In this document: positions 20,626-33,205 of the stretch, piece after piece
How positions within the stretch are numbered: the stretch's first letter is position 1
Layout: every line of letters starts with the position of its first letter
DNA from: a virus
Taxonomy: Duplodnaviria; Heunggongvirae; Uroviricota; Caudoviricetes
Length of the DNA stretch: 58,025 nt
Virus record (IMG/VR): IMGVR_UViG_2859821903_000003
Coordinates: 1 to 58,025 of that record
Direction: 5' to 3' (one strand)
The notes under the pieces: generated by a model
The model's database searches: none
What the model was told of the DNA's origin: nothing
What the model saw: the letters and a program-made list of their open reading frames with translations, nothing else
Position numbers and translations under genes: made by a program

Positions 20626-20856
20626 TCATTTATATTCAATGCATTAAGTTTGTTTTTGAGTGGTTTTGCCGTTTAAGGTAACGGCGTTATAGATCCTATC
20701 AAAATCAATCAATTCCATTCTGGTTTTGGAGAAAGATTTTTCGAGAGCTTCGGTCTTTAACTAAAACTGATTGCGTATAACCCCAATACCCCTCCCCGAC
20801 TATCTGAATGGTCGGGGAGGCACTTCACGCACAAAATATCATCCCTGCGCCGTTGA

Positions 20857-21438
20857 TTACTCTGCAGGTGAAGTCGGCCACTCAATATCAGGTGCAGTTG
20901 ATGTATCAACACGGTTCAGCAACACCCGATACTTTTTCCAGGCTTCCAGCAATGAGGTTTCTTCCTCCGTTGCAATTTCCAGATCTGCAGCATCCTGAAG
21001 CGGCGCAATATGCTCACTGGCTACCTGCATCAGGTTGTTTTTTGTTTCTTCCGCCTCCCGGATCCGGAACAGTTTTTCTGCTTCCGTATCCTTCACCCAG
21101 GCTGTGCCGTTCCACTTCTGAAACTCCCCTTCCGGCGATAACCAGGTAACATTTTCCGGTAACGGACCGAGTTCAGAAATAAATAACGCGTCGCCGGAAG
21201 CCACGTCATAAACCGTTTTACCCCGATGGTCTTCAAAGAGATGCCACGATGACTCATCACTGTTGAAAACAGCCACGAAGCCTGCCGGAATATCTAACGG
21301 TGCAATATCGGTACTGTTTGCAGGCAGACCTGTATGAGGCGGAATATATGCGTCACCTTCACCAATAAATTCATTAGTTCCGGCCAGCAGATTATAAATT
21401 TTTATGGTCCGTGGTTGTTCACTCATTCTGAATGCCAT
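20857..21438 (-). CDS. tfa: Tail fiber assembly protein
   Basis: 193 aa ORF immediately after the side tail fiber gene, conserved position. Confidence 0.75.
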   Translation of the reverse strand: MAFRMSEQPRTIKIYNLLAGTNEFIGEGDAYIPPHTGLPANSTDIAPLDIPAGFVAVFNSDESSWHLFEDHRGKTVYDVASGDALFISELGPLPENVTWLSPEGEFQKWNGTAWVKDTEAEKLFRIREAEETKNNLMQVASEHIAPLQDAADLEIATEEETSLLEAWKKYRVLLNRVDTSTAPDIEWPTSPAE

Positions 21439-23729
21439 TATGCAAGCCTCACAATATAGTTAAATGCGATGTTTTTGACGGTGTTTTCCGCGTTACCAGC
21501 AGCGTTAACGGTGATGGTGTGTCCATGTGAACCAATCGCAACAGAGTGCGTATGAGCGCCAATACCAACTGTATGTGCATGCGCCCCTGCACTTGCAGCA
21601 GTGCCTGATACTGAGTGGGTGTGTGCACCAGAAGAAGGCACTGTTCCATTCCCCACGATCGTGCCCCTTGATGAACCATCAAGCCAGTCGAAATTCATAC
21701 CGCCACTGTTTTGTCTCCTTAATGGAACGGTATGAGTATGTGCGCCAGCACTATTTGCAGTACCAGATACATTGTGGGTATGTGCACCAGTGTTATTCGT
21801 GGATTTAGTGCCGTAATCAAACGACGATGTGGTTTTCGTCCCCAAATCCGTACTGGATGCGCTGGCGCTGTGGGTGTGCGATTTAATGCCGTCCTGTTCC
21901 TGAGACAATACGGCCCGACCACTGGCAGGTTTGCCCTTAATCGTCCAGCCACGCATATCGGGGAGTACACCAGAGGGATAAGCTGCTGCAAGCAGGGGAT
22001 AGGTTGTTTTATCAAAAGTCTGCCCCTGCATAACGGCATAGCCTGTAGGCACTGAATCAGAAGGCCACAGAATCGCCGCACCTACAGGAAATGAATCCTG
22101 CGGCGTCCATGCTGTCCAGTCACCCGTTGAGTACTGGCTGCGGGTATAGCTTCTGGATGTGTTATACACATAGTAAATCTGTGTTATCCCGGCATTTTTA
22201 AGCACAACCAGTGTACCGGCAAGATTCTCTGGGTATTTCAGCGCTGCACTTGTATAGGCATTCAGGGGTTGATGGTACAGCCCCGGCGTTTTGTAATTAT
22301 CCAGATTCTGGTTTGCACCAATATTAATACTCTGACCGTTAAAAATATCCTGTGATGTAACATTGACATCATTGGTCAGTGGTTTGCCATTAACCTTACG
22401 TCCAGAGGGCACACGCCCGTTTGCATTGTCATTAGCAGCTTTAACCGCTTTCGGGGTCGCGGCAAGCGTTTCAGACGTGCTGTTGGTTGCACTACTGAGC
22501 TGGACAAGACCTTTTCGCGCTGTGGTAGCGTCCTGTGCGGTATATTTCCCGTTAGCAAGGTCATAGGCTGCCTTTACCGACTTTGGCGTTGCCGCCAGCA
22601 TTTCAGATGTGCTGTTGGTCGCGTTGCTAAGCTGTACTATCCCCTTTTTCGTCGTACTTGCATCCTCAAGCGCCACGGCGGATGCAATATCCTCTGCCCG
22701 TTTTGCCGCTGTCTCGGCGCGCGTTGCCGCGGATTCCGCCGTACTTTTGCTCTGTGCTGCCGCCGTCGCACTGCCAGCTGCCTCTGTCGCCTTCGTGGAT
22801 GCTGTCGTGGCGCTGCCCTTCGCTGCTGACGCCTGTCTGGTCGCCTCATCTTTTGAAGCTGACGCCGATGATGCCGATGACGCTGCCGAACTGGCGGACG
22901 ATGCGGCAGCCGTTTTTGAGGATTCTGCGCTGGTTTCCGACGCTTTCGCGTTCGTCTCGGATGTCTTCGCTGCGGAAGCAGACCTCGCTGCTGCACTGGC
23001 CTGTTCAGTGGCTTCGCCAGCCTTCGTTGTGGCTGTTGAAGCAGACGATGCGGCGCTTTCTGCCGATTTTTCAGCGGCGGTAACGCTGGCTGCCGCATTC
23101 GTTTCTGACGTTTTCGCTGCACCGGCACTGGTGGCCGCCGCGCTTTTTGAGGACTCTGCAGCAGCACTTTTCGATGCCTCAGAGGCTTTTGCTGATGCCG
23201 TTCCTGCGCTGGAAAAAGCCTCCTGAGCCGACGTCGCGGCCTGTCCGGCTGACGTGTTGGCTGCACGTGCTGAATCTGCAGCATCAGTCGCACGGGTTGC
23301 CGCCTCACGGGCTGATGTGCCGGCATCGCTGGCTGACTTCTTCGCGGCTGCCATGTTCTGTGCTACTGCGGACGCGTTACGCGCCACCTCTTCCACCATC
23401 AGTTCAAAACGACGCAGTGCCTCCGGACGGGCATCATCCTCCGTCATGGCACCGAGAAAATCATTCAGCGTACCGGGTTGAGAATCTTCATACACGGTGA
23501 TGGTCCCGGCATGTGACGGCGGGAACCCTTCCACCAACAGAATAACGCTGTACTGACCGTACTCAACGTCCATGCTGTAACGCCCGGCTTCATCCGGATT
23601 TTCAGATGCCAGCGTGTTCACCACCACCGTGGTGCTGTTACGTTTTGCTTTCAGCTGGATTGTGCAGTTCTGTACCGGTTTTCCTGTGCCGTCTTTCAGT
23701 ACACCTGAAATCTTTACTGTCATATTCAC
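21438..23729 (-). CDS. stf: Side tail fiber protein
   Basis: 763 aa with long Ala/Ser/Thr-rich repeat shaft and His-rich C-terminal tip ([21 protein letters not shown]). Confidence 0.8.
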   Translation of the reverse strand: MNMTVKISGVLKDGTGKPVQNCTIQLKAKRNSTTVVVNTLASENPDEAGRYSMDVEYGQYSVILLVEGFPPSHAGTITVYEDSQPGTLNDFLGAMTEDDARPEALRRFELMVEEVARNASAVAQNMAAAKKSASDAGTSAREAATRATDAADSARAANTSAGQAATSAQEAFSSAGTASAKASEASKSAAAESSKSAAATSAGAAKTSETNAAASVTAAEKSAESAASSASTATTKAGEATEQASAAARSASAAKTSETNAKASETSAESSKTAAASSASSAASSASSASASKDEATRQASAAKGSATTASTKATEAAGSATAAAQSKSTAESAATRAETAAKRAEDIASAVALEDASTTKKGIVQLSNATNSTSEMLAATPKSVKAAYDLANGKYTAQDATTARKGLVQLSSATNSTSETLAATPKAVKAANDNANGRVPSGRKVNGKPLTNDVNVTSQDIFNGQSINIGANQNLDNYKTPGLYHQPLNAYTSAALKYPENLAGTLVVLKNAGITQIYYVYNTSRSYTRSQYSTGDWTAWTPQDSFPVGAAILWPSDSVPTGYAVMQGQTFDKTTYPLLAAAYPSGVLPDMRGWTIKGKPASGRAVLSQEQDGIKSHTHSASASSTDLGTKTTSSFDYGTKSTNNTGAHTHNVSGTANSAGAHTHTVPLRRQNSGGMNFDWLDGSSRGTIVGNGTVPSSGAHTHSVSGTAASAGAHAHTVGIGAHTHSVAIGSHGHTITVNAAGNAENTVKNIAFNYIVRLA

Positions 23730-23793
23730 CCCACAAAAAAGCCCGCCCGAACCGGCGGGCTGTCATGACACTGTGTTACCTGGCTAATCAGAA

Positions 23794-24385
23794 CTTATAA
23801 CCGACACCCACGATGAAACCGTCAGTGCGCCAGTCGCCACTGCCGGAACCTTCATAAGCAATATCAATGGCCACGGATTCGGTCGGGTTAAACTGCACGC
23901 CAGCCCCCACGCCAGAGACGTGTTGCTGTGGCGACCGTCATCACTTCCGGTCAGCACGTCGTGCGTTTTCCCCTTGTTGTCAGTTACGCGGAGATAATCC
24001 CCGGAGAAAGTCGACACACGGCTGTAAGCCACACCCGCCATCGCATACGCGCTGAACCATTCATTCACGCGCACAGACGGCCCCGCCATTACGCTGAACC
24101 AGCGGTTACGAACGGAATATTCATGCCAGCGGGTATCGCTGTAGTGCGTTTTTTCTCATCTTCAGCATTGGCATAACTGAAGGACGTAATCAGCCCCAGC
24201 GCGTCCGTAAACTCATAACGGTATTTCACGTTAATCCCGTTCAGATTATCGCTGCCGGGAGCGTTCGTACGGGCATGAAGATACCCCGCGCTCAGTGTGG
24301 ACTGATGTTCAGACGCCCATGCAGGCGCACCGGATACGGACAGACAGATGGCTGCGGACAAAATGGCTGCACAAACTTTACGCAT
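23794..24385 (-). pseudogene. lom: Lom/Ail-family outer membrane protein, frameshifted
   Basis: Signal peptide and N-terminal body in ORF 24089-24385; conserved C-terminus ...GFIVGVGYKF ends at 23794 in another frame. Confidence 0.7.
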
Positions 24386-24452
24386 AATTACCTCTCGCTT
24401 TTCTGCAATAAAAAAGGCGCCATTTCTGGCGCCCGTATATGGGTTATAAAAT

Positions 24453-27400
24453 TCAGCTGATACTGATGCCTGCGGTGGCTTTCTTCATCACCACAACCAG
24501 CAAATCGCTGATACTTGCTGTGGGATACCAGTTATTCACCAGCCATGCTGATACCGAAAACTCCAGCGTCATGTGACCGTGACCGGCAGGCATATCAATA
24601 ACGCCACTGTAAATCAGCGTATTATCCAGCGCGGTACGGTTATAAATTTCAGCACCGTTTTTCCGCACTATCAGACGGCATGAGGAGTAAATATCAGTAT
24701 GCTCTCTCATGCTTAGCGCCGCTGAATGCCACCGCCGGAATAACAATTTGCCGGTCAAAAGGCTGATCGTCATAAATCCTGACGGTAACGGTCCCTGATG
24801 GCCACCGCTCCGGTGCCCGGGAGTCCCGCGGAAAAGCCTTACCCACTGTTTTAACGAGATCGCCTTCAATCTGGTTCGCGGACAGTTTTCCCAGAACCCG
24901 GCAGTTCTCGTTAATCGTGACGTTGTTGAGCGTCCCGGAGTTCGCATTCACGTTACCGCTGATATCAGCATTTCTTGCGGTCAGCCTGCCCTCCGGCGTC
25001 AGGGAAAACGTCGGGGGATTGCCGGACGAGGTGATACTCACCGCAAACAGCCGCTTCAGGAACACATCGTTCATGAACAACTGATTCCCCTGCGCCACAA
25101 ATAACGGCGTGGTGTTGCCGTCCTCCGGGTTAATCATCGCAATACGGTCAGCCAGCAGCAGTATGTTGCTCAGGGGCTGGCCATCAGTATCCTCAATCCC
25201 CGCTCCAATACCGGCAACATAGGGTATGCCATTTTTTGTTTTCTGTACCTTCAGCATGTAAAGTGCAGCAAGGTCATCATTTGTGTCCTTCTGCACGCGC
25301 TGTATCTGCTGTATGGTGGCGCTCTGGTCCTCCAGCGTTTTACTGACCGTCTGTGTGATTTCATTGCGGGTTTCGGTGATGGTGGTCTTCATCTCCGCCA
25401 TCTCATCCGCAAGCTGGCTGTTGTCTATCAGCTCCCACAGCCCCTGAGCCAGATGCAGTTTTCCTATTTTTTCCCGAAACAACCCCAGATACCCTTCTGC
25501 ATCATTGCTGGCCCGTCCACTGGCCTCCACAAAAGCAGATTTCCCCACCAGGTTGACGCTGCGCACGTAAAACCAGAAATCCTTCCCGGGCTTAATGTGC
25601 GGGCCGGATACACTCCACTGACTGCCGGTCCCCAGATAACGGGCAGAGGTTTCCACCTGAGATGTGTCTGCGATTTTTGCCTCCGAAAACCAGAACTCAA
25701 ACTGTACCGTCGGGTCATACACCGCAAGACGCGGTACCGCTGTTATCTGAAAATACCCCGGCGTCAGTTCAATGGTGGCGGGTTTTGCTGGCGCGTTAAT
25801 CCGGAAGGTGGTGGTGGCCGGTTCGCCCTGCTGGCCATAACTGTTAATTGCCCTGACTGTCAGGGTGTATTCCCCGAGCGGCAGACCACTGAAACGATGC
25901 TCTGTATCCGCAGTGATAGCGGTGGTCACCAGACGGCTGTCTTCTCCGCTTCCGCTGGTCAGTCGCAGACTGAAGCGCACCCCCTTCACCACCCGCGGCG
26001 TGTCCCATTTCGCCTGTGCCAGATACTGGCCGTCAGCTGCGCTCACCTCCACCGTCAGGTGCTGCACTGCCGGTGGGATGACGCTGTTCAGGGAGCCTGA
26101 CTGCGGCTCAAAGCGGGCACCGTTATCCACGATGGCTTCTTTTTCCGGTACGTGCTGCACCGCCGTGATGGCAAAGGTGCCGTCCGTGTTTTCCCGGACG
26201 GAGACACAGCGGAACAGGCGACGGCGCAGTGACGGCAGGGAGAGTCCCCACACCCCGTATGTCTCCACACCATCAGGCAGGGTACTGACCTGTATCCGGT
26301 CCGGCGCGGGGTGTGCGGTGATGTCCACACTCACCGGCTTACCGCTGCCGTTAATCAGGTTCACCGCCGATGTACCTGTCTCCGGCAGGGTAACCTCACG
26401 GTCCAGCGTCAGGGTGCGGGTGGCAGCATCAATGGACAGGACACGTCCGCCGGTCATAGTCCCGGCATAGTCGTTATCACAGATTTCAATAATGTCACCC
26501 GGTGTGTGACGCAGCCCCTGTGACCCGAGCGTGAAGTCCACCGTCTGCGTTTCCAGCAGTCCGGTCTTTATCACCCACAGACCTGCACGGTGAGCCTGAC
26601 CGCGGCAGGTACAGCCAAACGCATCCATCTTCAGCAGGTTGCGTCCGTAGCACAGTATGGCTTCCGGGTCTTCCACCAGTTCCGTGGAGGTCTGCCAGCC
26701 GTTCTGCGGGTCGGTGTAATTCACCTCCACCGCCGTGTGCCGGTCCTTCAGGGCACTGAAGCTGTAGCGGAATCCCACGCCGTTATCATCCACCACCACA
26801 TCGCTGTTGGTGTACGGCCACACCACATCCGACGGGCGGTCCTGAACGAACGTCAGCGTCTGACCGTTCCATACCGGCATACAGCGCATCGCAGAGCAGA
26901 AATCACTGAGAACGTCCCACGCCTTACGCTGTTGTGCCAGGTACGCATTAAAGGTCATCCGCGGCTCGGTCCCCCCGAAACCATCCGGGACCGTCTGGTC
27001 GCAGTACTGCCCGATGGCATACAGCGCCCACTTGTCCACATCCGCCGCCCCCAGACGTTTTCCCATGCCGTAGCGCGGGTGAGTCAGCATGTCCCACAGG
27101 CACCAGGCCGGGTTGTTGCTGTATGCCGGTTTCAGACTGCCGTCCCAGATACCACTGTACGTGCGTTTTTCCGGGTCATAGTTTGACGGCACCTGGATGA
27201 TGCGACCGCGGATATGGTAGTTCACCGTCATCTGCTGACCACCAAACTGCTCCGCATCCACCTGCATCCCCACAATGGCCGTGTTCGGGTAGCACTGTTT
27301 CACATCGATGATTTCGGTGTATGACGACCACAGCGTTCTGTTCTGCAGCTGGTCCGTGGTGCTGTCCGCCGTCTCCCTGACCATCCGGATGTTAAAGGGG

Positions 27401-27924
27401 CGGGGAGGCAGATTATCCAGAATCACCGACGCAAGGAACTGTGAGGTGGTCTTGCCGTTAATGGTGACATCCTTTTCCGTCACCCAGTTACCGTTACGCT
27501 GTAACTGAATCAGCAGACGGACAGAGGACGGATTACGGTCACCCTTTGACGTGGTCTCCACCAGTGACTGCACCCCGAAGGTCACCCGCAGGCGGTCAAT
27601 GTTCGCTGACGTAATGGTGCGTGTTACCGGTTTTGCCCTGGTCACTTCGACACCCAGTACAGTTTCAGAGCCGGAGGACTCAAAGCCTTCCGGTGGTGTC
27701 TGCTCCTGCTCCCCGGCACGCCAGACCGCGGTCACACCGTGTATCACGGGATTACCGTCCGTGTCCGTCAGCGGGGTTTTGTTCACCAGAATACTCTGCA
27801 GGCCTTTCACCGGGCCTTCTATCGGTCCCTCACCAATCGCATCAATCACGCTCATCATCTGCGTGGATTTGAGATTGTCTTTCGCCTCACGCGGTGTGTG
27901 CGCCCTGCCGCCACCTTTGCCCAT
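24453..27924 (-). pseudogene. J: Tail tip / host specificity protein J with frameshift near the 3' end
   Basis: 1076 aa ORF colinear with lambda J; the C-terminal receptor-binding segment is read in a different frame (ORF 24453-24947). Confidence 0.85.
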
Positions 27925-28164
27925 TACATCACCTCTTACCGTGATAATTGTTCACTCACAAAAACAACAGGCACCTCACCGGGTGCCTGCGTCATGACGG
28001 AATAAAATTTCTGAATATCTTCACATTTTCACACACTGACTGTGGCGCTTATAATTTCGCTGCGTTAGTGTTTTTTTGCCCGAGTAACAAAAACAACTCC
28101 TTCACATTGATCTTCATTTGTCTGTCCCCGCAGCTCCGCGATCACTGCGGGATTTTTTTATGTT

Positions 28165-28845
28165 TTATCCCTGTCGCCCGATAACCACGACCTTTCCGCC
28201 CCCGCCTTCATCACGGGTGCTGATGTCCTGGGATATACGGCGGGAGCCAACCAGCATTTCCCCGTAAGGCACCGGCATCGGGTTCCCCTGGGCAATCATG
28301 TTATCCAGCGAGGAAAAGTACGTGTTCTGTCTGCCGTTATCCGTTGCGCGGTAATCCGGTGTTTTTGCCTTCGGGGCCAGCATCTGGGCCACACCGCCCA
28401 GAATCATGCTGGCTCCAAGTGAAAACAGCATCGTGGTGGCAGAAAAACCACCGGCTGCCAGGGCTGAACCCCATAACGCCATTGATGCCCCGGCAGTGAA
28501 GAAAGAGCCCACGATGGCTGCCGCCCCCAACACAATCTGCAGTCCACCCTTTCCGGCCCCGGCCAGTCGCGGCACAATGTGGATGACCGTTCCCTCACCC
28601 AGCTGTTCGTGAAGACGGGCATACACCGCCTCCGGTGCCGTGTCATCACCGGCAATACGTATCTGGTACCAGCCTTCGTTCATCTGACGGCGAAAGCCCG
28701 GCATCTGCATCGACAGGGCGCGAATGGCTTCCGCTGCCGTGTTCACATACAGGCTGAGGCGGCGGCCAAATCGTTGCAAATCCCCGTGAAGGCAGATGCG
28801 TGCCAGTGGCGGTGACGCCAGACAGAATGCGTTCGTCGTTGCCAT
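28165..28845 (-). CDS. I: Tail assembly protein I
   Basis: 226 aa, colinear with lambda I (…ARICLHGDLQRFGRR…YFSSLDNM…). Confidence 0.85.
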   Translation of the reverse strand: MATTNAFCLASPPLARICLHGDLQRFGRRLSLYVNTAAEAIRALSMQMPGFRRQMNEGWYQIRIAGDDTAPEAVYARLHEQLGEGTVIHIVPRLAGAGKGGLQIVLGAAAIVGSFFTAGASMALWGSALAAGGFSATTMLFSLGASMILGGVAQMLAPKAKTPDYRATDNGRQNTYFSSLDNMIAQGNPMPVPYGEMLVGSRRISQDISTRDEGGGGKVVVIGRQG

Positions 28846-29485
28846 TTTTCGGAATACCTCTCCCGTTTACTCAGTTGTTCAGGCAGATGGTGAAGCAGCT
28901 CACCGTTGCCGCAGTAAATGGTGGCATGGTTCGGTACCGAAGCACCAAAGCAGCACAGCAGAATATCGCCCGGCTGTGCAGAGGACAGGGGCACCCGGTA
29001 AAAGCCGGTGACCGCCATATTGTCCAGGTACAGGTTCTGGCCGTTGCGCCACCAGTCATCCTCGCGATGAAAATCCGGCATATCAATTCCCGCCAGATGG
29101 TATGCATCCCGGAACAGCGTGTAACAGTCCGTCACCCCGTGCTCAAAGCGCCGTCCTGTCAGATGTGGCACACAGCGGAATTTATGAATTTCCCCCGGCA
29201 GACCAGCCACCAGGGCAGTGCGCTTTTTATCTGCAGCCGCCGGTCAGCCTCGCTCAGCCAGGGCAGCTCACCGGGATGACTGTGGACCAGTGCCACAATC
29301 TCCCCCTGCATCTCTGCCCGCAGCCAGTCTTCCGGTGCGATACGAAAATACGCCTCCGGCTCTGCAGAAATATTCACACAAGGGATATACCGCTCCCCCT
29401 CCGGCGTGCTTATCACGAAGCCGCACGACTCCGCAGGCGCACACCGCCGGGCATGCGCCAGAATCGCTGATTCAGTCTGTGTCAT
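28743..29485 (-). pseudogene. K: Tail assembly protein K (NlpC/P60-like), frameshifted
   Basis: N-terminal part (MTQTESAILAHARRCAPAESCGF…) and C-terminal part (IHKFRCVPHLTGRRFEHG…) lie in different overlapping frames around 29160-29210. Confidence 0.75.
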
Positions 29486-29495
29486 AAACCGGGAT

Positions 29496-30194
29496 TTACT
29501 GCGAAAGTTTATTAATGGAAAGGAAACCGCCAAAATTGCCGACATTCCTGCGCAGTTCACACCCGCGCATGCACTTGCTGCATCTGTCCTTACGGATATC
29601 CGTGGTGGGTTTATCGAACTCATCCGCCACAGCCCCGCCCGTGTAACCACACTCATCAGAGCGGTAGGTCCACATACAGGTGTTCGCCAGCATGATACGA
29701 CCGGGAAACAGCGCCCCGTCCGTCTCGGTCGGTGTAGCCAGCACAAACGAGGCCGTCATGGCTGTCAGCTGCGACATCTGCTCCACCACCCAGCGGTCAC
29801 TCAGCTCCTGCTCCGGGTCCGCCTCCGGATTGCCCGCAACGAAATTCACCGCATCCAGAAAACGGGCATACACCCGGCGGCGGACCACCGTGGCCCCCAC
29901 CAGACTCTGCAGGTCTTCCGCCATCCCGGTGACCAGACCGAACAGATTGGACACCGTCAGCGACGGTCTGGCACTGCTGCCCCGGCCGTTCATCTCAAAG
30001 CCGCTGCCGTCAATCGGGTATGCCTCATACTTACGCCCCTGCCAGGTGACCGGCTCCCCTTTTTCATTCAGCTCATTACAGAAAAAATACCGCTCACCAC
30101 CCTGCACCGTCAGGTCAATTTCCCAGAGTACCACCCGCGGTGACTGCTCTGATTTAACCGACTCGCTCAGACTTTCTTCGTGAATATCCTGCAT
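29496..30194 (-). CDS. L: Minor tail protein L
   Basis: 232 aa, near-colinear with lambda L including …GNFGGFLSINKLSQ. Confidence 0.9.
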   Translation of the reverse strand: MQDIHEESLSESVKSEQSPRVVLWEIDLTVQGGERYFFCNELNEKGEPVTWQGRKYEAYPIDGSGFEMNGRGSSARPSLTVSNLFGLVTGMAEDLQSLVGATVVRRRVYARFLDAVNFVAGNPEADPEQELSDRWVVEQMSQLTAMTASFVLATPTETDGALFPGRIMLANTCMWTYRSDECGYTGGAVADEFDKPTTDIRKDRCSKCMRGCELRRNVGNFGGFLSINKLSQ

Positions 30195-30523
30195 CAGTTC
30201 ACCACCTGCTTAAACTCCGCGCTGAACTCAACGCGCAACATCCCGACCCGCGCAGACCACCCGGCACAGGTCACCTTTATCTGCCGGTATGCATAAGGCG
30301 GTGTCCACAGAAACGCCTTCCAGCCACCGTGCTCTGCCAGGAATTCCTCCAGATGCCGGGCTTCCTCCCGGGTCACGGAAAGCGTCACCCGGTATGTTTT
30401 CAGGTCAGCACTCAGCCCTGCCGCCATACGCTGCGAATAGCCGTCACCAAAACGCACTTCACGCACCGATGGCCGCGAGTTCACCTCCATATCCGGTTTC
30501 ACTTTCCAGCGAAAGGTTTTCAT
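30194..30523 (-). CDS. M: Minor tail protein M
   Basis: 109 aa ORF between H and L, lambda M-like. Confidence 0.85.
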   Translation of the reverse strand: MKTFRWKVKPDMEVNSRPSVREVRFGDGYSQRMAAGLSADLKTYRVTLSVTREEARHLEEFLAEHGGWKAFLWTPPYAYRQIKVTCAGWSARVGMLRVEFSAEFKQVVN

Positions 30524-33141
30524 CGCCCGCTCCCCGATAACAGACCGCCATCACGCAACTGCAGCCGGAGCTCATCCTGCGCACCTTTACGGGCCATCTC
30601 ATACACCGCTTTCATCAGCTGCGGCCCTGCCTGCCCGTTGGGGCCGTCGTTCTGAATCACCACGTGATTGTTCTGATTAAAATTAATGCCTTCGGCCCGC
30701 CGCATCTGCGCCGGACTTCCGGCACCGCCGACATAACCACCTTCCGCATACCCGCGCATCAGACGATACAGGTTGCCGACACCAATCCGGCTGGTCGCCT
30801 CCTTCGTGAAGACAAACTCCCCGCGATGGACAATCCCCGCAGGCTCATATTTGCCGCCCGTCCCCGTAAATCCTCCGGTCGCGAAATGGAAGTTCGCCGC
30901 CGCAGCCTGAATGGCCGTCCCCGTGGAAGCGGATGCGCCACCACCGAAAGCACCACCAATGGCGCTGCCGATACGCCCGACAATCCCCACCATCGCCTGC
31001 TTCAGAAAAATCTCTGTCAGCATGGAGAGCACGGAACGGGTGAAACCACGCCAGTTCTGTTCGCTGCCGGTCAGCATCGCCGCCATATTCTGTGCAATAC
31101 CGTCAAAGGTCTGCGTGGCCACACTTTTTACCTGCGAAAAACTGTCCGTCGCACTTTCCGCCCACTCGCCCCAGCCGGACTTCATCCCGGCCATCCAGCT
31201 TCCACGAAGCTGCTCCTCCGCAGACCAGGTGTTCTTCAGTGCAGATGTGGCCTTCGCCAGCGCATCCGGATTATCACCGTACACCTCACGAAGGCGCTGC
31301 TCTTCCGACTCCCGCTGCGCCTGACGGTCGGTGAGTCCGCGGGCTTTTGCGCTGATTGCCGCCTGCTTCGCGCTCTGCTGCTGTTCAAACCGCGCCGCCT
31401 GCTGTGCCAGCTTATTCAGCCGTTTCTGGTGTTCAACCTTGTCGCCCAGGTCAGCCAGCTGGCGTTTGTACTCCAGCGTCTCTTTCTCATGGGCCAGCAG
31501 GGATTTTTCCTGCCAGGATAACTGCCGTTTCGTGGCAGCCTCTTTCAGGACCGCATACTGACTTTCCGCCTTCCATAAATCACGGCGCTGCCGGCTGATT
31601 TTCTCATTCGCACCGCTGTGTTTTTCCAGCGTCCTGAGCTCAGCTTCAAGGGCAAGCAGAGCCTCTCTTGCCTGCTCCTCTTCCCTCTCCCCGGCAGAGC
31701 GCGTTTTCGGTGATGTATGCTTTTTACCTGTCAGCTCTTCAGCCAGACGGCTGACGGCTTCCTGCTGCCCAGGACCTTTGCTGACGCCTGTTGCACGCGA
31801 GCGGTTGATGTACCCCATTTCCCCCTGGCGTATACGCGCATCCCGTTCCGCAATGGATTTTCTCAGCGCCAGTTCATCGCGTTTTGTTTTCTCAATAAAT
31901 ACGCGGTTCTCTTCTGCCAGTTCACCAAACAACGCACCAACGCCGGGCACATTCTTTGTCGTTTCCCAGGCTGACTGAATAAATTCAGCCAGCGCCAGAT
32001 CCCCCTGCACAAGCAGCAGCTTCACCTGTTCAACGGTTCCGGCCACCACGTCAGTGATCAGACTGAGTGCCCCCAGTGAATGATCACCTATCCATGCCCA
32101 TGCGTCAGAAGTCCAGGTTTTAACATCGTCCCAGATTTTTTCCACCGGCGTGGCCGCTTTATCAAGTTGCTCCAGACGTGCATTCATGACATCCGCAAAC
32201 AGGGACTTCGCCTCCGTCACCGCAGCCTGTTTACCTTTCGTGCGCTCAAGCTCATCAATATGGCGTAACTGGGAAACGCTCAGGAAGTTATACTGCTGAT
32301 TCAGGGAGGCCTGCGCCTTCACCGGATCTGCTGCAATCCCTTCAAAGGCTTTTTCCACCTTCCCGGCATCGTCCCCCACCGTCTGCAGCCATCTCTGAGA
32401 GGTTTCCCCCATGATCCGTAGCTGCCCGGCGGTATATTTCCCGCTTTCTGCCAGACGGGCCAGATTTTCTGCCGCCTGTCTGATACCACCACCGGCTTCA
32501 TCGCTGATCACCCCGGCCATTTTCCACAATTCTGCCGTTGTGGTGGCAGCCGCCCCTCCGGTCAGGATCAGTGAACGCAATAAGGCCCGGTCAGCCTGCT
32601 CTGCCTGCTCTGCCTGCCAGGCGGCGGCAGCAAGCGCGGCCAGTACGGCAACCCCGCCACCTGCCGCCACACGGACCACCGACATAAATCATCCCAGCTC
32701 ACCGGCATTCCGGGCATTTTCAGCCAGTGCATTTGCCGTATCTGACAGCGACTCCTCTGATGATTCAGAGGCATCCCTGATCCCGAGAAGTTCCTCCTTC
32801 AGCAGGGTAAGCAGGCTGAGCGGTCCACCGAATGAATCGCTGATCTGCCCCCCCTGCTGCAGCATGATAAGGAAGGGATTCTGACCACCGGCAAGCTGAG
32901 TGACAATATCCGTGAACTGTGCGGGCAGTGTGCGCATGGCAGCCTTATACTGTCCGACTGATATCCCGGCTTTTTGTGCAGCCAGCGCCTGTCGGCTCAG
33001 CCCCTGTTCAACAGTACTGGCGGTTTTTCTGGCATCCGCCTCCAGACTGGAAAAATGACGGCGTACCCGGGCCATCTGTTCATCAAACCGGGCCGCATCC
33101 AGACTCAAATCAATAACCAGATCACCCGCTGGCTGGGACAT
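30520..33141 (-). pseudogene. H: Tail tape measure protein H with in-frame TGA at 32689-32691
   Basis: N-terminal 150 aa (MSQPAGDLVIDLSLDAARFDEQMARVRRHF…) and the 721 aa remainder are in the same frame, separated by one TGA. Confidence 0.85.
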
Positions 33142-33205
33142 ATCTCACACCTCCGGAAATCCCCGCTGAAGCCATCATTAATGCAACATCATCCTCGCTG
33201 ACATC

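Noticed and set aside
22609-23326. Long ORFs (205 and 229 aa, one very Arg/Pro/Gln-rich) on both strands inside the tail fibre gene
   Set aside because: They are alternative-frame readings of the Ala/Ser-rich GC-rich repeat region of stf; composition is low-complexity and they are fully nested in a well-supported gene.
25453-27186. Several 150-215 aa plus-strand ORFs inside J
   Set aside because: Antisense to a long gene colinear with lambda J; no independent support.
30664-32884. Plus-strand ORFs of 60-285 aa within H
   Set aside because: Nested antisense or out-of-frame ORFs in the GC-rich tape measure gene.
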